From NCBI GenBank assembly GCA_018238625.1, contig JABCSY010000085.1:1-18195 (forward strand): DNA of 18,195 nt, read 5' to 3'. The notes below the pieces were generated by a model. That model did no database searches. It had not been told where the DNA came from and saw only the letters and a list, made by a program, of their open reading frames with translations. Shown piece after piece: positions 1 through 8,560 of the stretch (positions are counted from its first letter, which is position 1; every line of letters begins with the position of its first letter). Both the position numbers and the translations under genes were made by a program. The stretch is from Promethearchaeota archaeon (GTDB lineage Archaea > Asgardarchaeota > Lokiarchaeia > Sigyniarchaeales > SOKP01).

Positions 1-840
1 GAATCACTAAATCTTTATAAAAATTTAAAAGAAACTTCTGTGATTGAAGAAGATACAAGGAAAATCTTTAAGATTTATTGGAAAATATCTGAGTTCTTTT
101 ATGAATATATTCCTAGAATTGAAAGGCAAAGGGAAGAAAATATTGTTGGATTAAATTCTCTATTAATAAGACGTTTACAGGAATACAATCAAATTTTACT
201 TAGCTCTAATTTACCTCATCAAAGAATTTTAAAAGTCATTGAAGATATACAATTTGATTCAGAGTCTAAATCCATAGATCAATTTAAATGTGAAATTCCT
301 ACTAAATTTTGCCGCAGGCCACCAGGTGTAATATATAAACGACTTTTAGATGATAAAGAGAATACTATTTTTGAAAGAGATAAGGATGATATACCATTAT
401 CCACTGAACCTATAAAGGTATCCTCCGTTTGGAGTAAATATTACTTAGAATTAGAATTTACCGAAAAAGAAAAATATTTTGATTTTAATTTAGAATGTGT
501 AAATAAAGCTTATTTTAAGGTAGAAGATATAAAAAGAAAACCCCCACAATCTGGCAGAGCAAGTTTTGAATTTCGTCTTAATTTTGAGGAATTCATTGGA
601 GAAGAAGACCTAGAATTTAAAATAACTGAAGAAATTCATGATTTGGGCCAAATTCTCTCAAAAGAATTAAATCTAAAAATATTCGGGTTTGATCTGATTC
701 GACCAGTTAATAACAATAAACATTATTTCATAGATCTTAATGATTTTCCGGGATTTAGAGGAATTAAAGGTATCGAGAGAATTCTAGCAGATTATATCAT
801 TAATTATGCCAATGATTTAATGGATAATGAAAAAGGGTAG
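1..840 (+). CDS. ATP-grasp kinase, inositol 1,3,4-trisphosphate 5/6-kinase (ITPK1)-like; probably 5'-partial
   Basis: C-terminal LKIFGFDLI...HYFIDLNDFPGFRG matches the ITPK1-type ATP-grasp signature (LFGxDII...IDINxFPGY) with the Asp, Asp and Asn metal ligands retained. Frame 1 is open from base 1 (ESLNLYKNLKETSV...), so the GTG at 40 is probably internal and the true start lies upstream of the window. Confidence 0.7.
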   Translation, partial: ESLNLYKNLKETSVIEEDTRKIFKIYWKISEFFYEYIPRIERQREENIVGLNSLLIRRLQEYNQILLSSNLPHQRILKVIEDIQFDSESKSIDQFKCEIPTKFCRRPPGVIYKRLLDDKENTIFERDKDDIPLSTEPIKVSSVWSKYYLELEFTEKEKYFDFNLECVNKAYFKVEDIKRKPPQSGRASFEFRLNFEEFIGEEDLEFKITEEIHDLGQILSKELNLKIFGFDLIRPVNNNKHYFIDLNDFPGFRGIKGIERILADYIINYANDLMDNEKG

Positions 841-1671
841 GATGATAGCATATGCTATTATTCCGTAAAGTAAGCAAAAATATCCGAATTGAATCTTTTT
901 AGCTATTTTTAACAAGATTTCGATAGACGCATATCCTACAATAAAACTAAAAAATGTAATTATGATAATAGTAATCGGATCTAAAATTCTAAACACTGAG
1001 CCCTCTCCGAAGATAATATCAACTGCGATTGAAGCGATTACAACGGGAACGGACATTAAAAAACTTAATCTCAATGCGCTATCTTGTTCATAATTTTCAA
1101 TAAGGGTTGTAGATACAGTGATGGCAGATCGAGAAATTCCAGGTAATACTGCAACACCCTGAGTTAATCCAATAAGAAAACTATCTTTTATTACATTTTG
1201 TTTTTCAATGCTTTCGATTGTTTTTACTCCAAATTTCTTTTTTATTAATAATAGAATTAATCCAGTTATGATAAGCATACCAGCAATAATAAGCGTGAGC
1301 AGATCTCCGTGAATTGCCATAAATTCTCCAACAATTATAAATTTAAAGATAAAGTATAGTGGTAAGGCAGTAATAGCCGTTCCAATTGTTCCTACTATTA
1401 GCCAATTTCTCTTCTTTATATCAGTTTCTTCTACACTAAATTTCATAGGTAAAAAACTCTTTACAATTTTAATATAATCCTTCTTGAATTTTAATAGAAC
1501 TGCGAACATCGTTCCAAGATGTAACCAAATTGAAAGACTATAAGCTTCTTCTGGAGGGATACCAAAAAAATTAACTGCAATAATCATAACCTGTCCTGAA
1601 GAAGATATGGGCAACCACTCAAATAAGCCTTGTAAAATCGCAATAATTATATATTCAATCATGATTCTCAC
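817..1671 (-). CDS. uppP: Undecaprenyl/polyprenyl-diphosphate phosphatase (BacA/UppP family)
   Basis: Motifs LQGLFEWLPISSSG, LHLGT, QGVAVLPGISRS and SFLMSVP, plus multiple hydrophobic helices. Start is either GTG 1671 (GTGA overlap with the upstream stop) or ATG 1662. Confidence 0.93.
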   Translation of the reverse strand: MRIMIEYIIIAILQGLFEWLPISSSGQVMIIAVNFFGIPPEEAYSLSIWLHLGTMFAVLLKFKKDYIKIVKSFLPMKFSVEETDIKKRNWLIVGTIGTAITALPLYFIFKFIIVGEFMAIHGDLLTLIIAGMLIITGLILLLIKKKFGVKTIESIEKQNVIKDSFLIGLTQGVAVLPGISRSAITVSTTLIENYEQDSALRLSFLMSVPVVIASIAVDIIFGEGSVFRILDPITIIIITFFSFIVGYASIEILLKIAKKIQFGYFCLLYGIIAYAIILPFFIIH

Positions 1672-2165
1672 ATATTTATTTTTAAACCTTTATCTAAGCA
1701 TCTTTTAATCTCGTCTCGAGCTTTACGAAATCCTTCAACTCCTTTCATCGAAGGATCTTCAATATCACCATTTTCACCAGCAAATTCTCTTAATGTGTAA
1801 ATCTTTTTATTATTTAAATTAATAAACTCAATAATTTCTTTTTTATGTTTTTCAGTCAGAGTGAGAATAAGATTTGCTTTTTCTATTAATTCAGGGCGTT
1901 TCTTTAAATCAATTGAGAGGGAATCTTCCGGTAAATCTATACCAATTTCTTTCATAACTAATTTCGCGTCAAGAGAAATAAGCATTCCATCTCGAGCATT
2001 TGAAGAAATTCCACCAGAATACACTTCAACATTCATATTGTTACGTGTAAAAAAGTCTTTGAGAAAACCTTGAGTCATGGGACTTCTTGCTGTATTTACG
2101 CTACAAGCTACTAAAATTTTACTGTATGGAAAATCTTTTAGTTTACCAATAGTCGAAGACTTCAC
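1668..2165 (-). CDS. Low-molecular-weight phosphatase (LMW-PTP/YwlE/ArsC fold), YwlE-like
   Basis: P-loop CX5R(S) CSVNTARS, ANLILTLTEKHK, and the catalytic Asp loop TLREFAGENGDIEDP. Substrate uncertain. Confidence 0.85.
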   Translation of the reverse strand: MKSSTIGKLKDFPYSKILVACSVNTARSPMTQGFLKDFFTRNNMNVEVYSGGISSNARDGMLISLDAKLVMKEIGIDLPEDSLSIDLKKRPELIEKANLILTLTEKHKKEIIEFINLNNKKIYTLREFAGENGDIEDPSMKGVEGFRKARDEIKRCLDKGLKINM

Positions 2166-2176
2166 AATTATAACCT

Positions 2177-2863
2177 TTACACAAAACTTTCCTTTGATAC
2201 GAATTTAATTCCTTTATTTTTCATATCCTCTAAAGAGCTAGAGATGTTTCCTGGGGGCAAATCTATGCCTTTAGTTAAATTTACTAAAAAGTAAACCTCA
2301 AAACCAAAATCGATGCCATCAATTGCAGTAAAATAGCAACAATAGTCTAACGCTAATCCACAAATAAAGATTCTTTTGATTTTAAGGGAATTAAGAAATC
2401 CTGCTAAACCTGTTTCAGATTTCTTATCGTTCTCAATAAAACCCGAATAACTATCAATTTCAGGATGATAACCCTTTCGAATTATAGCATGAGCATATTC
2501 TTTTTTCAAATCCTCATGAAATCCAGATCCATAAGTATTTTGAACGCAATGATCTGGCCATAGGACTGGTCCAATTGCTCCAGTTTGATACTCATCACCG
2601 GGGCTCATTCCGGGGTGATTGCTTGCAAAGGATAAATGCTCTTTAGGGTGCCAATCCTGAGTTAATATAATAAATGCTTTATTTTTTCTGAATAATTCTG
2701 CAATACTATTAATTCTGCTTACTATTTGATCCCCCTCTTCAACAGGTAATGAACCCCCTGGAACGAAATCATTTTGCATATCCACAATTATAAGTGCATC
2801 ATCTAATTTAATAGTAATATTCTTTTCGAAACCGAGATCATCAATATTCAGTAAAATCACCAT
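2177..2863 (-). CDS. pncA: Nicotinamidase/pyrazinamidase (isochorismatase family)
   Basis: Motifs IIVDMQNDFVPGGSL, TQDWHP, LWPDHCVQ, IIRKG..DSYSGF and GLALDYC. Confidence 0.93.
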   Translation of the reverse strand: MVILLNIDDLGFEKNITIKLDDALIIVDMQNDFVPGGSLPVEEGDQIVSRINSIAELFRKNKAFIILTQDWHPKEHLSFASNHPGMSPGDEYQTGAIGPVLWPDHCVQNTYGSGFHEDLKKEYAHAIIRKGYHPEIDSYSGFIENDKKSETGLAGFLNSLKIKRIFICGLALDYCCYFTAIDGIDFGFEVYFLVNLTKGIDLPPGNISSSLEDMKNKGIKFVSKESFV

Positions 2864-2934
2864 AAAAAGATCTTTATAACTAATAAAATCAGCGAATAAT
2901 TAAATGTGTTGTGATTGAAATGTGCTAATATGAA

Positions 2935-5900
2935 TTAATTTGATTCAAAACTTTTGTTTAACCTAACTGTGAATATAGATCCTCGATTTTTCCCTTCTGA
3001 TTCAACAGAAATAGAACCCTTATGTAAATCAATAATTTCTTTAGAAATAAATAAACCTAATCCTGTACCCTCAATATCTACATTCATGCGCTGACCGTAT
3101 CTCTCAATTTTCCCAAATTTACTAAACAATCTATCCATTTCTCCTAAAGTTAGTCCAACTCCCGTGTCCTGTACTGACATAAAAACATTATCCTCATCCT
3201 GGCTTAAAGCTACTTTTACTGAGCCTTTGGGAGGTGTGTTTTTAATTGCGTTAGATAGAAGATTGGTTATCACTTGTTCAATTCTCAATTTATCAATTTT
3301 GCATATTATATTCTCCAAAATATGAAGAGATATTTCAATTTCCCGTTCTCTAGCGAAATACATGATATCCTCCACGCATTCCTTAATAATTTTAGAGATG
3401 TCATGTTCTTTTAAATCTAAAACTAAATAGTTTGATTCAATTATGGAAATATCTAACAAGTTTTCAACTAACTTTTTAAGTCGGGAACCCCCTTTATAAA
3501 TCATCTCTACAAACTCTAATGCCTCAGCACTAATCTCATTTTTATGAAGATTTAATAAAATCTGAGCTCCACCATATATCGAGTTAAGAGGCGTCTTCAA
3601 TTCATGAGATACACGTGAAACCAGTTCATTCTTCATCTTATTTAATTCTAATAATTTTTCATTTTCTTTTTCGATCACTAATTGTGCTTTCTTTTCTTTA
3701 GTAATATCATGAGCGATAGTTTCAATTAAGTTAAGCTCATTCTGTTTTAAAATCGAGATTTGCCAATTAATCCATGCAACACTCCCATCTCTTTTTTTAA
3801 TCATTAAATCTCTCGGTTTTGCTTTAATACCTTTAAGAAGGGCGTAATACGTGTTTTTGATTAGTTGAATTTGATCAAGGGTAAAAACATCGAAATCCTG
3901 GAATTTTCTTCCAATAATTTCATCTGCTCGAAATCCGAAGATTTTCTCAGAAGCTTGATTTTGTTCTAAGATAAAACCCTTCTCATCTGTAAGTACAATC
4001 GCAGTGGGAGCGTTTTCATAGACAATCCTAAACATTTCTTCTGATTCTTTCAATTTTTGTTCAGTCTTTTTACGTTCGTTAATATCTCGATAAACAAGCA
4101 AGTATTTCTGTTGTCCTTGCTCATCTTTGAAGCATCTAATCTTGACTTCAAACCAAATATAATTGCCATTTTTATGCTTTAATCGCGACTCATGAAAACC
4201 TTCTCCCGTTTTAAACACTTTCATCATGAATCTATTAATGTTTCTGTAATCGTCAGGATGATTAAAGTAGATGTCCTGTTTATTGAGTAATTCTTCTTTT
4301 GAATACCCCAAAACCGTCTCATGAGTAGCTTCGTTTAGAAACTCGATCTCAAAATCTTTATTAAGCACGCGTATCAAATCATTTGCATTTTCTGTAATGA
4401 GCCGATATTTTGTTTCAGAATCCTTCAATCTAAGTTCTGCTAATTTACGATCAGAAATTTCTTTTATTGTTGAAATAAATCCAATGATGTTTCCCTTATC
4501 ATCAAAGTAATTTTTAGAAACACTCGAAATCCAGATATATTCGTTTTCTAAAGTTAAAATTCGGAACTCTAATACATTATCAAAATTAAATTTCTTCTTT
4601 AAAACATCTATATAAAAATCTTTTAGTTGCTGAACATCCTCCTCATGGATGTATTCAAATAATCGAGAAGTGCTATTAATAATTCTGCCTTTAAGTATTC
4701 TCGAAAGTTGAGGGGAAACATATTTAATTTTTCCTTCTAATCCAACGATTACAATTGCCTCCTTGGTATTTTCTATTATATTCCTAAATTTTGCTTCAGA
4801 CTCTCGAAACTTAACCTCAGATAGTTTTTTCTCAGTTATATCTTGGAGTATTACTTGATAATATCTCTCATCGTCAATGTCAACGATTGAACTCTCCCAG
4901 TAAAACCAAATAATCGTGTCATCAGATTTAATTATCTTAAATTCTATAGAACCATCAATCTTACCCTTACGTATTGCCTTATACCTTTTCATAAAAAGTT
5001 TTAATAACTCATCTGAATTCTTTAATAGCTTAATTATATCGATAAAACTTTTACCTACTATATCATTTGGAGATAAGGTTGAGAACTTTTTAATTAAGGT
5101 TGAGTTAGTACTAATTAAATTTCCTTTTGAATCAAATATCATGATACCGAAAGGAGACTTGTCAAAAAGATGCCTGAACTTGGCTTCTGATTGCTTTAAT
5201 AGGACTTCGGCCTTCTTTCTCCTTGAAATATCTTCAATCATAATTTCCACGAATTGTTTTTCACCGATAGCTACTCGGTTAGCTTGAATGCTCACCCAAT
5301 AAAGGTTTAAACTATTTTGTTTAAGTTTGAATTCGAATGGACTAAAAGATCCTTTCATCAAAAAATCCTTAAATTTGCTTTCTAAAATTTTCATGTCATC
5401 TTGGTTCAATATTTCTATATCCCTAAAATGCTTCCCAATTAATTGATCTTTACCAAATTTCAAATATTTCAAAGCTGTTCTATTCAGACTTACAAATCTT
5501 CCTGAAGCATCAAGAAGCAATATGAGATAAGGTGAATGCTCAAAAAGGCTCCTAAATTTAACTTCTGATTCTTCAATCTGAATTGATTTTGTAATGTCTC
5601 GTGAAATAAAAATTATTTTAAATTCTCCATTTTTTTGTTTGAAAAGATTAGCTTTAGCTTCAAGCCAGATATAATGGCCCTGTTTATGTTTAATTCTAAA
5701 TTTTCTGGTGACGTCTCCAGATATCAGCCCCCCTTTAATTGCTGAAACTGCTAGAGTAATATCGTCAGGATGGACAAAATCACGTGGACGTTTACCAATT
5801 ATATCCTCTTCAGTATATCCTAGCACTTTAAGATATGCTGATTTATTTATGAATTCATGTTTAAAATTTTTATTCAAAACCGCGAATAGTTCATTAGTGT

Positions 5901-5997
5901 TTTCAATAATAAATTGATAAATATCTTCTATGTTTTCGGGCTTTGCTTCAAAAACATTATGATTTTCGGAACGTTCTAAAAAATTCACTCTTAGCAT
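2935..5997 (-). CDS. Soluble multi-PAS (six PAS/PAC) sensor histidine kinase
   Basis: Six units, most starting SExKF/YR..E and each ending in DIT/DIS/EIS/DIN. These are followed by HisKA (SHELKTPLN) and HATPase boxes (NLLSNAIK, DTGVG, FSKF, GTGLGL). No transmembrane segment or receiver domain seen. Confidence 0.95.
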   Translation of the reverse strand: MLRVNFLERSENHNVFEAKPENIEDIYQFIIENTNELFAVLNKNFKHEFINKSAYLKVLGYTEEDIIGKRPRDFVHPDDITLAVSAIKGGLISGDVTRKFRIKHKQGHYIWLEAKANLFKQKNGEFKIIFISRDITKSIQIEESEVKFRSLFEHSPYLILLLDASGRFVSLNRTALKYLKFGKDQLIGKHFRDIEILNQDDMKILESKFKDFLMKGSFSPFEFKLKQNSLNLYWVSIQANRVAIGEKQFVEIMIEDISRRKKAEVLLKQSEAKFRHLFDKSPFGIMIFDSKGNLISTNSTLIKKFSTLSPNDIVGKSFIDIIKLLKNSDELLKLFMKRYKAIRKGKIDGSIEFKIIKSDDTIIWFYWESSIVDIDDERYYQVILQDITEKKLSEVKFRESEAKFRNIIENTKEAIVIVGLEGKIKYVSPQLSRILKGRIINSTSRLFEYIHEEDVQQLKDFYIDVLKKKFNFDNVLEFRILTLENEYIWISSVSKNYFDDKGNIIGFISTIKEISDRKLAELRLKDSETKYRLITENANDLIRVLNKDFEIEFLNEATHETVLGYSKEELLNKQDIYFNHPDDYRNINRFMMKVFKTGEGFHESRLKHKNGNYIWFEVKIRCFKDEQGQQKYLLVYRDINERKKTEQKLKESEEMFRIVYENAPTAIVLTDEKGFILEQNQASEKIFGFRADEIIGRKFQDFDVFTLDQIQLIKNTYYALLKGIKAKPRDLMIKKRDGSVAWINWQISILKQNELNLIETIAHDITKEKKAQLVIEKENEKLLELNKMKNELVSRVSHELKTPLNSIYGGAQILLNLHKNEISAEALEFVEMIYKGGSRLKKLVENLLDISIIESNYLVLDLKEHDISKIIKECVEDIMYFAREREIEISLHILENIICKIDKLRIEQVITNLLSNAIKNTPPKGSVKVALSQDEDNVFMSVQDTGVGLTLGEMDRLFSKFGKIERYGQRMNVDIEGTGLGLFISKEIIDLHKGSISVESEGKNRGSIFTVRLNKSFESN

Positions 5998-6193
5998 CCC
6001 TCATTTATAGTTCGAACTAGTTTATAAAAAGAAGATTAGATTATGTAGATATATTAAGTAAGTAAAGAACTTTTATTATATTTCTTTTCTTCCAGATAAG
6101 ATGTTCGTTATTTCATCACATAATCGATCGATAAAAAATAGCTTTTTAAAAAAATTTAATTGCATAAAATCATTAATACAAAATAGTATCTTT

Positions 6194-6264
6194 GCGCTTG
6201 TAGTATAGTGGTAATATTCTGGCTTCCCAAGTCAGAGTCCCGGGTTCAATTCCCGGCAGGCGCA
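6194..6264 (+). tRNA. tRNA-Gly (anticodon CCC), intronless, CCA not encoded
   Basis: Cloverleaf read by eye: acceptor GCGCTTG/CAGGCGC, D-arm GTAT-AGTGGTA-ATAT, anticodon stem CTGGC/GTCAG with loop TTCCCAA (CCC at 6226-6228), T-arm CCGGG-TTCAATT-CCCGG, discriminator A6264. Confidence 0.96.
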
Positions 6265-6278
6265 TATAATCTTTATAT

Positions 6279-8468
6279 CTACCAAGAAAGCCCTTTAATA
6301 AATTTTAAATCACTAATTAATCTTTTAGCTTCGTGATCTGGTACTTCCATGAAGGCATAAAATTCATTTTGCCAGAAAGCTTTTCCTGAAGTGTTAGAAC
6401 GAATATCTTCAGCAAATTTGATTGAATTTCTTACTGGTAAGAGTACTTCTATTATTGCTTGATAGTCCTTTTCTTGGTTGACATTTTTTATTTTTGCAGA
6501 ATACTTAGAAAGCAATGAAAGCGTATTTTTTATGTAATCTGGTGGTAATTGAATAATTGTATGGTATATAGGTTCAAGTAGGATAAGTCCAGAATCGTTT
6601 AGAGCTTTTTTAATGGCATCGTAAAACATTGCGGATAATTCTGTAAACGCATTTTCTTCGTCAAGCCTATCTACGACGAGATCTTCAATCATAACTTTTA
6701 GACCTGTTAGTTTTTCGCCAGATAGAGGACCATTTAATAGAATTTTATCAATAATTTCTAAAATTGTATCTTTCAAGAATTGGTTTAAATCATCTTTTAA
6801 ACTATAAATCAAAACATTATTAGTATTGTAATACGTCCAAAAGTCTTGGATTTCATCCGTTGTTAAATTTGTAAATTCTTCTAACAATTCTTTCAATCTT
6901 GATACTGGTTTTATAGACTTAAAATCATGAGTCCGGAAGAACCGGCTTGTTTTATCGTTTAATAGTTCTATTCTAATTTTTAGCGAACTTTGTTGGTTTG
7001 GTGATTCTACAGCTATAGTAGAAGAAGCGTATCTGCAAGATTCTTTAAAGACCGCCCTTGGTTCTGACGTTGAAATCCCAACGCCACGTTTTTCAATTTC
7101 ATTTGCTGTAATTTCAAGATGTAAAGGACCCATACCTGAGAGGAGGAATTCGCCGTTTTCTTCGTTTATTTCAAATAACAAATTAGGATCTTCGATTAGT
7201 ATGTTTTCGATGAGTTCTTTCATTTTATCTAAATCTCTTAGATATTCCGGTTCGATTGATACCGTTACGACGGGAGTAGAAACATATTTCACGTTTTCAA
7301 ATGGAATCATTTTATCAATATAATTCTTATTAATCAAAGTCTCGCCGCTTTTTACTTGTTTTAAACCTTCTATAGCAACGATGTTTCCAACAGGTATTTC
7401 TTCAACTTGCTCTCTTCTTTGACCCATGAAAATTGCGGTTTTTCGAATTGTATCGAAATTATTTTCTCTTAATAAAAATACTTCCTCCTTATTGAAACAA
7501 TTTCCGGAAAATATTCTTCCAGTTGCGACCAAACTGTGCTTATCTGCTTGTACTTTGCTCAAACATATTATTAATGGTCCATTTGGATCGCAACTAGTCA
7601 TAGCTTTTCCAACTTCAGATGTCAAATCTCCACCCCAAATCTTGCTTATTCTGTATTTCTGAGCTTCAATAGGATTAGGGAGGTGATCGACAACCATTTC
7701 TAGTATTGCGTTGTGTATAGGAAAATAAACAGCTAAATCAGCATAGGTTTCTTTAGTGTACGTTTCTTTTTGATATCGCGATCTAATATCTGAAAACTTT
7801 AGCTCGTTATTTTCTAAAATATTTAGTGTAAACCCCCATTTATGGAGCGCTGAGCCGAACGCAACGTTTCCATCGGCAGGAGATACTTGCCACTCTTTTT
7901 TGAACGGTTTATCTGCGTATCTTTTAATAAGCGTATTAAAATCTTTAATAATCCTCGTATATTTTTTTCTTATTTGTTCATCTGTTAGCTTTAATTCTCG
8001 GATGAGACGGTCTACTTTATTAATATAAAGTACTGGTTTCACTCCTTCCTGTAGAGCTTGTTTAATAACTGTTTCAGATTGAGTTATTATTTCCTCGACA
8101 GCATCAACAACTACAACGACGCCATCTATTAACCTTAAAGCACGAGTAACTTTGCCACTAAAATCTAAATGGCCTGGTGTATCAACAAGATTTATTAGAA
8201 ATGGGTCGTGGTCTTTAAGAGATTTTTCATAGTATAATGAAATATTAGTAGATTTCATGGTAATTCCACGTCTTTGTTCTTCTTCTAAATAATCTAAGGC
8301 ACGTGCTTCACCTGCTAAATCGGGTGAAAGTAAACCTGCTTCACTCAAAAGAGAGTCGCTTAGCGTTGTTTTACCATGGTCTATATGTCCCACTAATCCA
8401 ATGTTTCTAATGTTCTGAGTCTTCTCCATCATGTTTAGAATCTCAGAAATCTCCTTCCGACGAGGCAT
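6279..8468 (-). CDS. Translation elongation factor 2 paralog (aEF-2p-like) lacking the diphthamide motif
   Basis: Intact G domain (GHIDHGKTT, RGIT, DTPGH, NKVD, GSAL) and GMGPLHLE at full EF-2 length. Domain IV is divergent: LVVDRLDEENAFTEL replaces the canonical LHEDxxHRG loop. Confidence 0.9.
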   Translation of the reverse strand: MPRRKEISEILNMMEKTQNIRNIGLVGHIDHGKTTLSDSLLSEAGLLSPDLAGEARALDYLEEEQRRGITMKSTNISLYYEKSLKDHDPFLINLVDTPGHLDFSGKVTRALRLIDGVVVVVDAVEEIITQSETVIKQALQEGVKPVLYINKVDRLIRELKLTDEQIRKKYTRIIKDFNTLIKRYADKPFKKEWQVSPADGNVAFGSALHKWGFTLNILENNELKFSDIRSRYQKETYTKETYADLAVYFPIHNAILEMVVDHLPNPIEAQKYRISKIWGGDLTSEVGKAMTSCDPNGPLIICLSKVQADKHSLVATGRIFSGNCFNKEEVFLLRENNFDTIRKTAIFMGQRREQVEEIPVGNIVAIEGLKQVKSGETLINKNYIDKMIPFENVKYVSTPVVTVSIEPEYLRDLDKMKELIENILIEDPNLLFEINEENGEFLLSGMGPLHLEITANEIEKRGVGISTSEPRAVFKESCRYASSTIAVESPNQQSSLKIRIELLNDKTSRFFRTHDFKSIKPVSRLKELLEEFTNLTTDEIQDFWTYYNTNNVLIYSLKDDLNQFLKDTILEIIDKILLNGPLSGEKLTGLKVMIEDLVVDRLDEENAFTELSAMFYDAIKKALNDSGLILLEPIYHTIIQLPPDYIKNTLSLLSKYSAKIKNVNQEKDYQAIIEVLLPVRNSIKFAEDIRSNTSGKAFWQNEFYAFMEVPDHEAKRLISDLKFIKGLSW

Positions 8469-8560
8469 TCTTACTTAATTCTCTTGTAAATTATTAATAA
8501 TATATTATTAAACCATGATTGATTTGATTAAAATTTTAGGTTTATTTGAAAGTAATAGGA

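Noticed and set aside
1861-5917. Plus-strand ORFs 1861-2073, 4916-5287 and 5708-5917
   Set aside because: Antisense shadows of well-supported minus-strand genes, with no recognisable motifs.
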